NCBI RefSeq assembly: GCF_000485595.1
Contig: NW_014577074.1
Span: forward strand, 949,479 to 1,013,478
Source of the DNA: Priapulus caudatus
Lineage: Eukaryota
DNA length: 64,000 nucleotides
Reading direction: 5' to 3'
Shown here piece after piece: positions 1 to 12,612 of this stretch; position 1 is the stretch's first letter, and every line of letters starts with the position of its first letter. The position numbers and the translations under genes are program-made. The notes beneath the pieces are model-generated. The model ran no database searches and was not told where the DNA came from. It was given only the letters and a program-made list of their open reading frames with translations.

Positions 1-159
1 CGGGAGCGAATGCAAGAATTTCGGCAGGCTTTGTGTGATTTCGTGTGACACAGCTCGGTTACGAACACAGACAGTATGCATCTAGTTTACAAAAAAAGAT
101 TTGATGTTTTTACCCTTTTGATATCTAATGTTGGAACAGTATAACATATTTATCTTTCT

Positions 160-249
160 ATCCTTATATCTATCTGTCTATCTACCTCTCTGTCTATCTG
201 TCTGTCTGTCTGTCTGTCTGTCTGTGTGTCTGTCTGTCTGTTTGCCTGC

Positions 250-326
<77 letters not shown>

Positions 327-480
327 CTCTGCTTGTCTGTCTGTCTGTCTATCCTCTGCCTGTCTGTCTGTCTGTCTGTCTGTCTATCTTTCTGCCTGTC
401 TGTCGGTCAGTCTGTCATTCTGTCTGCCTGCCGACCTGTCTGCCTGTCTCAGTCTGTCTGTCTATCTATCTATCTATTTT
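160..480. repeat. (TCTG)n/(TCTA)n microsatellite in ARL5 intron
   Basis: Direct tetranucleotide repeats; the 'LSVC' ORFs are its translation. Confidence 0.95.
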
Positions 481-486
481 TTTCAG

Positions 487-570
487 GTGGTGATACTTGT
501 TATAGACTGCACAGATAGAGAGCGGTTAAGTTTAGTCAAAGAGGAGTTCTACAATATGCTGGCAAATGAG
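487..570 (+). CDS. ARL5: ARL5-like small GTPase, internal exon (4)
   Basis: ttcag|GTG...GAG|gtatgc; VVILVIDCTDRERLSLVKEEFYNMLANE, Arf-family segment; 84 nt, phase 0-0. Confidence 0.9.
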
Positions 571-769
571 GTATGCATAAAATTGTCTTTTGTGTTTGCT
601 GGTTTGTGTAAAACGTGTTTCTTCGTAGTTGGGCCAGAAATTTGATTAAAATTGTAGTTAGTATTAGCAAATGTTTGTTACCTCTGATTAACTCATTATG
701 CCACAATAAAAAGGTGATTGTTATTCATGGGGGTGATTATTGCACTGTTATGCTGCTTTGTCATTGCAG

Positions 770-921
770 GACTTGGTCAAGTCAGTCGTGTTAGTGTATG
801 CTAATAAACAAGATGTTAAAGGATCCATGACTGCAGCAGAAATTTCAAAGTACTTGAACCTGACGTCTATCAAAGCGCACACGTGGCATATACAGGCCTG
901 CTGTGCATTAACAGGAGAAGG
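770..921 (+). CDS. ARL5: ARL5-like small GTPase, internal exon (5)
   Basis: tgcag|GAC...GG|gtaaat; contains G4 NKQD and G5 'CCALTGEG'; 152 nt, phase 0-2. Confidence 0.92.
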
Positions 922-1213
922 GTAAATTCACTGCTGACTTTCCTTCTAATTAGGTCCACATATGCTGTTTTAGCTCTTCAAAACTACAGTAATACACCAT
1001 GTTGTGGAAGTTCGGGTTACAAAAAATTCATCCATACACAGTTTGTAAATTATTGCCACTAAACTCGGATACGAAAGACCTAGTTAAATTTGACCATTTA
1101 AAATTTTTAATAAATAAAAATAAAAATTAAGGTGCTCGCCTAAAGGTCAAAGGTATATATATATATATCAGGAATAGATAATAGGGAAGGAGTGTGACAT
1201 AACTATTACATTT

Positions 1214-1333
1214 TGCTTACTTTTGAAATTTAAGTGAAAGTCATTTGTGTTTGTGTATTATTTATTGAGGTATCAGAAACATGTTCGTAGGCCCCAAACA
1301 TAAATGACTTTCACTCAAATTTCAAAAGTAAGC
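1214..1333. repeat. Short inverted repeat / MITE-like hairpin
   Basis: tgcttacttttgaaatttaagtgaaagtcatttgtgtttg pairs with caaacataaatgactttcactcaaatttcaaaagtaagca (~40-bp arms). Confidence 0.75.
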
Positions 1334-2031
1334 ACACTGTATGCCTAAATTGCATCATGAATGAGAATTTTTAACAGCACTAGAGCTAGGTTAGATTATT
1401 TGGATAGTGGGGCAATGCAGTCTGCAGAGCATTGCCACTGAGCACCAGGTACCTGTACATTTGTCTCAATTAGGTGATGATTAATTATTATAATATTGTA
1501 TAGCTAATATGAATCAATAATATTTTTTTCCTATTTATGGTGTAACTCTGCTATAAACTTAATAATATAGGTGGAGAATCGAAGAAGGTGGAGGTGAGGT
1601 AGGAGTTGGAAGTGTGGGAGGGAAGAAGGTGGAAGAGTTAGATGATGGAATGGCTGTGAACACATGGCAGAAGCAGAGTAGTACCTCTACTCCATCCACC
1701 TTCTTATGCTACCTCCTCCACATTCCACCTCTTCTCCCTTCCTGTGTACTTCATCCAACATCCTTTGTTGCACATCTGATAGACTTTGTAGTATTACTTA
1801 ATGCATCTACCTGGAAAGATTGGGCAGAATGTTTAATTCTTTATGGAATCTTAAAATATAAGGCGGGGTGGATGGATGGTACTTTTTAAATTTTACATGT
1901 TTTTGTATATTAAAATGCTATACATAACTCCCACGTTACTACTTGCAATTTTTTTATGTGATGAGTCCTCATTTGCGCCATCAACAATGTAGTATGAATC
2001 ACTTTTTATTATTATTTTTGCTACTTTCCAG

Positions 2032-2092
2032 AACACAAAGTGATCATCGTTGGTTTAGATAATGCTGGTAAAACCACAATATTATATCAATT
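2032..2092 (+). CDS. ARL5: ARL5-like small GTPase, exon (2) with P-loop
   Basis: ttccag|AA...TT|gtaagt; (E)[19 protein letters not shown](F), G1 motif GLDNAGKT; 61 nt, phase 1-2. Confidence 0.93.
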
Positions 2093-2144
2093 GTAAGTAT
2101 ATTGGCAGAAGTTTTTAGCATGTGAGCTAGAAGTCATATTATAT

Positions 2145-2626
2145 CAGGAGTTAATAATGACAAAGGAGTAAGACACCTCTTTGGTACTGTTTTCACTACA
2201 TTTTTGTCGTACGAGTTCGATGTGAATAAAAATACAAATGTATACAAACATGAGCTTCTTTTGTTCACTGGTCCTTATTCTATCTTCCGGTAGTATTACA
2301 AACCGCGTAGCTTCTTTCGTTTTGACATAAATCATACTTTTGCACGACATGGTTTTCACGTTATTCACCGTCGTGTGGCGAGGCCAAGCGGTAAATTCGC
2401 ATACACAGGCTACCACAGCAACTCGAATGAGGCACGGCAAGGATCGAAACACGAAGGAAGCTACGCGGTTTGTAAAACTACCGGAAGATAGAATGAGGGC
2501 CAGTGAACAAAAGAAGCTTATGCTTGTATACATTTGTATTTTTATTCACATTGAACTCGTACGACAAAAATGTAGTGAAATCAGTACCAAAGAGGTGTCT
2601 TACTCCTTTGTCATTATTAACTCCTG
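2145..2626. mobile_element. Non-autonomous TIR element (MITE), possibly P-like
   Basis: ~175-bp near-perfect terminal inverted repeats CAGGAG...CTCCTG, flanked by 7-bp direct repeat ATTATAT. Confidence 0.85.
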
Positions 2627-2961
2627 ATTATATGTTAGTCTCTATAAATTGGTGTGCTCCAAATCACGGTAGCAACAGATACTACTGATCACAAATGAAA
2701 CTACAACTGATTGGCTATGGACAATTGCAAAATTATCTTATTGCATTGCCTTATTGTTAAATTTTAAAAACAAATGAAGAAGAAATTTTGAATGACAGGT
2801 GTAATATGTCGCCAAATTGGATCGTGTCTAATTCGGTTTGCTATATGGATCTAGTGAGGAGAATCGAAACAGACATTTCATCAGATTATCAAGACTCATT
2901 GATCTGTTTGTTAAAATAAACATGCCATCTGAATATAATCATTGTAATGTATCTTATGCAG

Positions 2962-3109
2962 TTTGATGGATGAGGTGGTTCACACATCCCCAACGATAGG
3001 CTCCAATGTCGAAGAAGTGACGTGGAAAAACATACGCTTTCTCATGTGGGATATTGGTGGACAGGAGTCAATACGAGCTGCTTGGCATACTTACTATGCA
3101 AATACAGAA
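2962..3109 (+). CDS. ARL5: ARL5-like small GTPase, exon (3) with switch I/II
   Basis: atgcag|T...GAA|gtaaga; [49 protein letters not shown]; 148 nt, phase 2-0. Confidence 0.95.
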
Positions 3110-3559
3110 GTAAGAAATACAGCGACACATGAGTGCATTGGGTGTAGATATGTATAAGACCTGCATATAAATTTTATTAATGACATGGTAAACGCCCGCC
3201 GTTTGTTACAAGTGTAAAATGATTTTAAATGAAAACAACCTAAATCAACTGATAGATATGTTCAGGTTTAATAAATGGGATGTAATAACTTTGACTACTT
3301 TAAAATTTGTGTGCCAAGACTTCACAGCGATTAGTAAATTGTATTTTTCTCCATATTTTTGGAGGCCAATTTGTAACTAGCATGATTTCAAAATGAATTC
3401 AGCTTTCTATACCCTTGCCTCACTGTGATCTATTACAGAGGTCGCATCCACACACTCCCAAACAACTATCCCTCACCCCTGTTCTGTCCTTATGTGCGTG
3501 CATGCGAGCATTGCACATGAGTGCATGTATTGTACCACAGACACTTGGAGTGTTTCAAT

Positions 3560-4620
3560 AAAATATAATGCTAAATAAATATGAAATATATTTACTACCA
3601 AAGTCTTAATGTTTCTATACTCTCTTTCACCTATTATTGCCGACAATATCCTGTAAATGCTGTCCAAATGCTCATCTGCAACAAACGCTGGCTGCCGCTG
3701 CACACTGACACATAAATATATAGCAGGTAGGGGAGCGTGCTGCCAAAATTTGCTCGACGCTCTCTTTATTTCATACGAATACAACACAAATATTCAACCA
3801 TTCTACTCCATCTTTGTTTCTATTTGAAGAACAGTGTTCACTTGTTATAAAAACATACTGTCTGTGTTCGTAGCCGAGCTGTGTCACGCCGGAAACTCAC
3901 ACAAAGCGCTGACTACAATTCTCGCAGTTCGCTCCCGTTGGCGCCAGTTTATGGTTAATAATCGCTGTTCGGGAATTTCCAGGATAACACCCACCTGGCG
4001 TCGCGCTTCGTGACCTCACTTTTTGCCGGCTCGGCCCAACGCCTTGCAACGTTTTTGCAACGCATTTTTCTTACTGGTCGGGCTTCGACTTGAGCAGCGT
4101 ACTCTGGGAGTGTAAAGCATGGTGCTGTAGTTTCCCCATAAATGGTGTGCGGTTGTCCTATAGCCCTGTATCTTGAGCCATTACATAACTCGCGGCAACT
4201 GGTACCCGTTGAAGAGCGAATGCAACAATTTCGTTCGGCTTTGTGTGATTTCGTTGACACAGCTCGCGTTATCAAACAACAGAACCAGATGTTTTTATAA
4301 CAATTGTGGAACCTGTTCTTCAAATAGAATCAAAGGATGGGATAGAAAATGTGGGTTGATTTGTAAATATTGGTGTTTTTGTTATCGTATGAATCAAGGC
4401 GAGCGTCGAATGGAAATTTTGGGCAGGCACGCTTTTTCCTACCTCGTATATATTATATGTCATGTGCAAGAGCTGGCACGCCATGCGGTTTTGTTGCAGT
4501 GTTTATGAGCATGTTGGACTGCATTTACAGGAAATTGTCGGCTATAATATTGATGGTGTATATGTTTTGAACATTAATATCGTATATAATAGATTGACAT
4601 TTAGTAGCTTAGATTTTATT
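3560..4620. mobile_element. Foldback / long inverted-repeat element (noisy sequence, approximate ends)
   Basis: ~3600-3950 is the reverse complement of ~4200-4580; part of the right arm recurs at 1-78. Confidence 0.6.
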
Positions 4621-5101
4621 TTGAAGACGTTCCTATTCTGTGCATGCACTAGTTATCAAAAGATTTTGGGTTTTTTACTTTTATATCTAATGTCTCGAAT
4701 CTAGTGTATAACATATTTATCCTTTATTCTTTTATATTTAGGCGTGTCGTATTCTTACCTCTCTTCTGTCTACTCTGTCTTGTCGTCTGTGGTGTCTGTC
4801 TGCTGTTTGTCTGTCTTCGTCTGTCGTTCTTGTCTTGTCTGTTCTGCTGTGTTTGTCTGTCTGCTTGTGTCTATCTGTTCGTGTTGGTCTGGTTCGTTTC
4901 TGTCTGTTTCGGCTATCCTGCTGCGTGGTCTGGTCTGTCTGTCTATCTCTGGCCTTGTCTTGTTCTGTTTTTCTGTCTTGGTCTATTCTTCATGGTCGCT
5001 GTCTGTCTTGGTCAGTTCTGTCTAGTCTTGTTCTGCTGCCGCCTGTTCTTTTTTGTCTGTCTCTAAGTCTGTGTCTACGTATCTATCTTATTTGTTTTTT
5101 G

Positions 5102-5555
5102 ATGTTGTGATACTTTTGTTTAATATGACCTACACATGTATGGCATTGACGTGTTAAGTTTATGTTCAAAGAGGAGTTCTACTATATGCATGTGGCAAAC
5201 TGAGGTTTGTGTAATAATTTATCTTTTTGTGTTTTTGGTTTGGTGTAATATAACTGTGTTTTCTTCAGTTGGTCTCATGTAATTATTTGATTAAATTGAA
5301 CTTAGTTTTATATTGTCCAAATGTTTGTGACTCTGATTAACTCATTTGCCACAATAGAAAGTTTTGTGTGATTCATTCATGTGGGTGATTTTTATGCTGC
5401 TTTGTCATTGCGAGCGGTCAGAGTCTATTCGTGTTATTTTGGTATGTAATAAACATAGATGGTTTAAAGGATTCCATGGACTTCGCCAGAATATTTCCCA
5501 AGTACTATTGTCTTCTTATTGTTTTATACAGGCCTGCTGTTTTTAACAGGAAGAA
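5102..5555 (+). pseudogene. ARL5: Indel-ridden second copy of ARL5 exons 4-5 (probably error-prone read fill)
   Basis: ~4640-5845 aligns by eye to ~78-1200, including exon motifs gaggagttctac and atacaggcctgctg, with many 1-2 bp indels in exon and intron alike. Confidence 0.65.
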
Positions 5556-5809
5556 GTTATCTATTCTTTCTAATTTTTTTTTAGCTCTTCAAAGACTACG
5601 TATTCACCATGGGTGGGAAGTTTTGTTGGTGTGTGGTGTTTGTGTGGGTAGGTGTTACAAAAAATTCATCTCTTACACCATGTTTGTATTAATGTATCAC
5701 AAACTCGGATATGTAAAGGACCTTAGTTAGTATTATTTAAAATTTTTAATAAATAAAAATGAAAATTAATTGTCTTCGCTCTAAATTGGTCAAAGGTTAT
5801 ATTTTATAT

Positions 5810-6635
5810 CAGGAATAGATATTTGAGGCGAAGGAGTGTGACTTATATAATATTGGTATATTCATCTTACTAGCCTTATATACCTACAGGGTTTACTACG
5901 CGTAACTCAATCCATACCTTTGAGCTCAAAGTCGCGACACGTACATCGCTGGCTAGCATCGTTTGCGAATCGCCTCGTATACACCCGCAATCCGTGGAGA
6001 TACAGAATAAAACGTACACACGATTCTCCATTCTTTTCCATCAATCCAAAGACCATTGCGCGCCCTCTAATTTTCAAACAAAGGCCAGCATAGCCTAACC
6101 GAGTCAGGCTTGCTAACTCGGCGGGCCAATTGTTTAGATTTGGCCCGAATCAGCTGCTGCTTATTGCGGTGGCGTGCGCCTGCAGTGAAGGCAGAGCCAG
6201 GATATGTGCAGAGGTGGTGCCTTGTGTAGGCTGATGTACTCGGGTAGCAACAATGTTATTCTCGCCGTAGGTGTTTTGATGCTAATTCTCCAGCGAGCAC
6301 ATGCCCCTCGCCGAGTTAAGCAATTAGCGCATTAGAGTAGCTGCCTTTTGTTTGAATTAGAGGCGTTCTCATGGCTTTTTGGTGATTTGAGGGGCAAATG
6401 AAGTGGGGAGTAATCGTGTCGTCGTTTTTAGCGGTATCTCCGGCATTTGCCGGGTGTATACGAGGAAACATTTGACGATGCTTTAGTATATTACTGTGTC
6501 CGATTTGAAGCCCTCAAGTTGGATGAGTTACGGCCTGTGAGAGATCGGTAGGGTATTAGTGAGGCTAGGGTAAAGGACGGAATTTCCCTTGTTGTATTGA
6601 TTTTACAGTCCTTTCCCTATTTTATATTTTTCTGA
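5810..6635. mobile_element. TIR element, CAGGAATAGATAATAGGG family (noisy copy)
   Basis: Left end matches the clean fragment at 1169-1200; degraded inverted counterpart at ~6560-6635. Confidence 0.55.
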
Positions 6636-6664
6636 GTAGTATAATATATATGTATATTATATTA

Positions 6665-7959
6665 TTAGCGTCATCTGACATAAGTGCAGATGCAGCTTGT
6701 ATGAAGCGCTATGAGCGTGGCGTGCCGTGCGTTGGCGTTGATATAGTGGCGCAACAAATCTTAACGCCTCGACGTATGGTCACGATGATTCGGGGACGTG
6801 GGGGGCGGGGCGGAAGGTAATCAAGAAAACGAGTTGGAGATTGTTCAAAGCTGGGGGTCAAAGGATCACAAGGTGACAGAGGTGTAAAACAAGTGGGAAC
6901 ATTCCCTCCTTAACTTAAGGTATAGGAGAGGAAATGCAGATTTGCGGCACAATCTAACGCGCTCGACTAGGCTCGTGAGTCGGTGTATAGATCATGAGTA
7001 GACAAAAGCCATCACTGCTAGAAATTGGAGTTCACAGGTCAAAGGTCGAATGGGGCCACAGGGCAGCATTTATAGACATTTTCTGAGGACATAGTCTGTA
7101 CGCGAGCGCATTGAAAAATTATTTGGCTTCAGCGGTGACTACCATTTTTATGGCTTTATCGAAACCGACATGAAATGTACTTCCGCTGACATGCGAAGAG
7201 TAAGTGTCTGATAACCTTTTGACCCTGAAAGGGAGGGTTCAACATGGATTTGTTGACTGTTAACAAAGGACTGAACTGCTTTTGCTATTATTAGAGCCCA
7301 TACCTGTGTGGATGTGAGGCTACATTTGCAGTTCAATTGCAAAGACAAAAGTTTGTTGAACAAGGTTTACACTCCTTAAAACATATTATTTTCTAAAGCA
7401 GTCTGCATATTAATAGCACTCTGAATAGAATGCTAGCGTGGCTACCGGCATCCGAAATGTAGGCAAAAACCCGGGGGCAATCCATTACTGATGCATGGGG
7501 GTGAACTGGCACTTTTCTAATAAACATGCACACCTGCAATACAGATGTGTTTAATTTATTACTCACAGCGGAGCCAAATTATTGCCTGCCTGAATATACG
7601 TGGATTTTAGCCTGTACATTTCAGCAACTCAATGGAATTAGGTTATCTCTGCTTTCTTGACTTATCACCAATTCACGAAGGTTGATGCCATGTTTGATTA
7701 TTGATTACACTTGCACGCGCCATCTCGCGGCAACTATAGGCCTAGTGATACATTATGACACAAATATATATAAGACAGTCGAGCAGGTATGAAGTAGGAT
7801 GCATTGTTAGGGTTTAGTTTTAGTGTTAATACCTATGCTACACAGTTTTGATGATGACGTAGCCAGTTTAGCGATAGAACAGGCTTTCAACCTTTTGCAG
7901 AAACGAAAGCCAGTACAGTAGAGCAGCAGATGAGCACTGTCGCTGTTGCGGCACTAGTT
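6665..7959 (+). mobile_element. Helentron-associated non-autonomous element (HINE/DINE-1-like)
   Basis: 5' ttagc(g)tcatctgac...cagatg inverted motif, 3' cagatgagc plus short hairpin plus ctagtt; same family as 15727 and 55838. Confidence 0.65.
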
Positions 7960-8319
7960 AGATATATATATATATATATATATATGTTTCGTTGTGTTTA
8001 CCTTCAAAAATAGGCGTTAATTTTTTTTTACAATTTGCTGTGAGCTACATATGGAATTTTATCTAAAATGTGTTGTTTTATATGGTTTTTTTTAAAGGGA
8101 AACAATTTCGTTGCTGGACGCCCACCAGGTTGCTTGCAGTGCACCCCTTTTTTAATCTCGATCCACACCTGGCAATTAGAGAAATGAGTAACAAATAGTG
8201 AACTGCGAATAAGTAAATGTGGCAATTGGGGAAAAAACCTATGATAAGAGGGGGATTGCTGTACCTTGAGCGACATGAAAAGTAACGTATCCTTATTCAG
8301 TTATTAACATTTATTACAG

Positions 8320-8365
8320 ATTGAATAGTGGCCTTGAGTGGGTGTGCTCGAAGATCAAGGTGTAG
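8320..8365 (+). CDS. ARL5: ARL5-like terminal coding exon (6)
   Basis: ttacag|A TTG AAT AGT GGC CTT GAG TGG...TAG = (G)LNSGLEWVCSKIKV*, Arf-family GLEW C-terminal helix; phase fits exon 5. Confidence 0.88.
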
Positions 8366-9018
8366 TCATGACGAAGTATAAGACAGTGTTGGGATTCTCC
8401 CTGTTACTGGCGTGGGAAACGAGTGGCACAACACAGTGTGTAAGAAATGACAGCTCCACACAGAAAGTGCTTACTGTTGTGATAGCCAATGTGATGCAAC
8501 AGTGTCGCAGGCGTGCGAGGGCTGGAAAAGTCAGCTATCCGACATCTGCATGACCTTGAAGTGCTAGTCTAAAGAACGTCACTGCTCAGTGAGCAAGAAG
8601 CTGACAGGTTTGCGCGTGCGTGAAGTCGTGGACCTGTGTAGCGCATCCACGTATGTCAGCAACGTCGCACTTCTGTCCGAGGGAGTCGATTGTTTTTAAG
8701 TTGCCAGACTCCACTTTTAAACATCTACTAAAGGAAAAACTGGGGCATGTGGTCTTGTTGTTGGCAAAGACACAGCGAAGAGTTGCACTCCCAGCGACTA
8801 GTGACCATCATCATTCGAATGTTGCGTTTGTAAATTTGCTTAATGTACGTGTATGTCTCAAACAGTGAAGTGTGTCGACAGGGTATTTGTTCATTCAACG
8901 TGAGCAGGGTGAACTACATTTTATATCGCAATGAAAATGAAGCTCTTTTTTATTCACCTGTTGGAAACTAAATTAGATTTTCAGATTTTCTAGCCTCACT
9001 ATTAATGATGATTAGGTG

Positions 9019-9201
9019 CAGTGAAAAAAATACACGGGGGCTCGGAGCGATTTAGCCCCCGAAATGCCAAAAAGAGCCTCGGAAATGCCCAAAAGAGCCC
9101 CCGTAAATTTGCATAGAGTTCAATGCAAACCAAATTTTAGAGTGCTATTTTCATGCACACGAGCTTGAAAAGTAGCCTCCGAAAAATAAATTTTTTCCCT
9201 G
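9019..9201. mobile_element. hAT-like MITE in probable ARL5 3' UTR
   Basis: CAGTGAAAAAAA...TTTTTTCCCTG termini, 8-bp TSD ATTAGGTG; second copy at 39258-39445. Confidence 0.88.
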
Positions 9202-10869
9202 ATTAGGTGCATTTGAAAGCCAAGTGAAACTGACACGATGACACAATACAGAGTTTGTGTTGTACATAAATTAAATTCGCCTGCTTTTATTTGGCATCAT
9301 TTCACAACATTTGAAACTGCTCATTGAAATTCCCCTACAAAAAAGTTGTTGTAGAATAACAGCCATTCAGCAGGTGGTTGTCTGTAATATCAGGAAATGA
9401 TCTAGTCCATGAAATTTTCCCTGAACAGACGTGCACGACAAAGTTCAGACTAATGTTGCAACGTCAGTTCAAATAAATTAAATGCGATGTTGATAGTATA
9501 CATTCTACAAGACAGTCTGTATGAAAGTTGTTGCGATCATAACTGTCTTCCAGATGTACCTATTCAGTTCTTTAACAATAGGCAACATGTAATTTCGCCA
9601 CAGCATTGCCAGGGTCTGTTTTAGTCTACCATGTATGTGGGCACACTTATTTGTGATATTACTTATCATTACCGGTAAACGCCGCTTGAGGTATAGCTTG
9701 ATTATTGGTCATAATATTATTACAGAACCTCTACGTTTGCAGTCATAAGTATTATCATGAACATATATGCATATATGTGTTCATGGTTTTATAAAGTAGG
9801 CAAAAAAGTTCATCCTCAGGATAAAGTTCGTCATTTTGAAACTCGCAGCACATCTTCACAAATCTACGTTATGTGCTGCACCCGAACTGCCAAAGTTATA
9901 TATTTCTGTCTGTACAAATATGTGTAGGTATTTTGTGGCGTTTGTTATATTGTGTTAAAATTTATTTCACTGATTAGTTATTGGTGGATAAAATAAAATG
10001 TGCTTGAAATTATGTCTCTGTAGAAATATTATTATTGTCGTCTGCTGATACCACTGACACCAGAAGAGCAGTAACGCAAAGAGACTATAATTTAGTAGTA
10101 TCATAATATCATTTTGATTATACTTGTATTACAACACTCCAAAATCATTTACGTATTGTTAACGATTACTTCTGTAATGCTGAAGTATCTAAAAAGAAAA
10201 AATTCTACACATTTGTGCTAATATTATGTCTTCTGTTGTGATTTCAATAAAATAAATCCATTATAAATATTTCTCTCATATTTATATTTATTGGTTTACC
10301 TTTACGTACCCTCGAATGCCTGCATCGATGTCTTCTTTGGTTTTTGGTTTAGAAAATTTGTAACAGCGCGTATGCTGACAATCGTGGGTGATGTTACGGA
10401 GGGCAAATACGAGGAAAAGATGCAGTCACTTTGGCCACGGTATGCTCTGGGAGACATAAGATGTGTAATGTCCTCCAGAGCATAAGTTATTGTCATAAAC
10501 TATCATATGTACCGCAAGACGTGATTTTATACATAACGTAAGTCGTGATTCCCATTCTAAAAATTACCGTTAGCGTGAAAGCGTTTACCGTAAATTTCAT
10601 TTGTATTGAGTTTTTATAAGGACTTATTAAGAACTTACGTTAAGAACTTACGTTGAAGGACTTATTAAGGACTTACTCTTGATAAGTATTTACTGCGAAC
10701 TGAGAGAGGTTTAAATACTCACTGTGAACTGCGATTTGGTTCACTGCACCAGGACCTTTCTCCAGATACGTCGCTGCAGTACAAAATTCGCTCAGCTTAT
10801 ATGCATGTTGCCGTGCCATCCCAGACAGTCCCTCTCACAAACACGCAAACACTCACATACACAGATCGA

Positions 10870-10891
10870 CGCACACGCACGCACACATACA

Positions 10892-10931
<40 letters not shown>

Positions 10932-10955
10932 CACACACACGACACACACACACAC
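10870..10955. repeat. (CA)n microsatellite
   Basis: Direct dinucleotide run. Confidence 0.95.
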
Positions 10956-12612
10956 AACCGCGGGCGCGTCAGCTACTCACTTCAAATCTCTGATAATAAC
11001 CATATTTGTTGTATGTTATAGAGAATCAGTGGCGTACGCCGGCGTACGAAAATACATATTTTCATGTTCATCATAGATTGACGAATGAAATAATAAGAAT
11101 AGTACAGTATAATAATTCAACGCAGAACAACGAGAGACACTTCGGTTATAGAAAATAAATGAAAAGTTGGCCATAAGCGCTATTTTCCGGCTAGCGTCTA
11201 TATTATATTCCGTGGTGTCTTTCTGAATCTCAATGACACGCTGCTACTGTCCAACGCACGCCACAAAATGCACTGTACGTGAATTACATAAGCTGCTTCC
11301 TGTCATATTGCTCCTCCCTTTGACTTCATATAACCTTTGATATATTATACTACGTTGTCTCTTTATTCATTTCTATAGAAACTAACAGTAACCAATTGAG
11401 ATGTCTAATCGTCGCATGTAGGGTGTGATGTTATAAACCGAATCCATGCATGGTGGCATGGACGAAATTAGCCTAAGGATTTGTTCTGTCATAGCTAGGT
11501 TTTATTTCAATGAAAGCACTTTGTGCGGGCGGGGGTAGGCCAGGCTGGGGTAGGGACATTTACATTACTTCAGATCAAATGCGAGGCCAGTCGCGGGAGG
11601 CCCTTTCCCAAATTATATATTTTTCTTTGTATATATTACTGTTTCGTACACCCGCAATGGTTATATTTAATTCAATTTTATTTTTATCAAGCATGAATTG
11701 TTCTCAAGTGGGCCGCGGGCCGTGGCGCACCTGAGGATTGCTGGCACAGACAAGTTTGGGGGGGGCTCGCGTGCCCCCCAGCGCCCTCCGCGGTAACGCT
11801 ACGTCCTGCATCCCATGCACTTATTCATTACACAGGGGGGATTCGATTAGGTACCGTATAAAAAATCTGCCTTTTCTTAGTACAAATACTTTTTTAAATT
11901 CAGACCCGCGACAATGATTGTTAGTACAATAGCATTAATGCTCTATTGGAATTATTTTGGCCAACTCAAATTTTAGAACAACACGCGTGTATTCATGTTG
12001 TCATTTTATACTGTTACCTATCAAGTGGGCTCAGCTATCTCTAGCGAAAAATTCGAAGAGACCAAAATTGAGTCGCAGCAGCCATTCAACATCCTAATAA
12101 TTATTCTACCATTCAGAGTGTGGCTTAATCTTTCTACCACGTCGAATTATAGTATAGATACCACCATTGCACGCAACAACCCCTACCACCGTGAGATGCC
12201 ATGCTACACACGCTTAATTACGCACGCACTGCCGACACACACACAACAGCAACACGCTTCTGGCGCGCACGTACAATGTAACACGTCTCTCACGACACAC
12301 GTACACGTACCATGCATGCACGCACGTGCGCAAACGCTCTGTTAGAAGTTCTGGAAGAGTATTCCTTGACAAACGAGAAGAACAGCGCGGATCCGAGGCG
12401 ATATAGCGCATGACAGAGGCCCGCCCGTTATCGTGTATGCATCGTATTTCACGTCACCTTTCTATTCGAACGAGCTGTCTGAGGCAGTGACTCGCGATAC
12501 CTCCAGCACGGTGCTAATTTACATGCGGAACCTCTCGGTTCTGAGAAATACACCGCGTGCGCGTAGCGACAAGTAATAAATAACCACAGAAACTGGTGTA
12601 TATATTATAATA

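Noticed and set aside
128..645. Cys/Leu/Ser/Val-rich ORFs (also 4704-5110)
   Set aside because: Translations of the (TCTG)n microsatellite; only the embedded ARL5 exon is real
2144..2627. Two similar ORFs on opposite strands
   Set aside because: A consequence of the element's long inverted repeats; no recognisable domain
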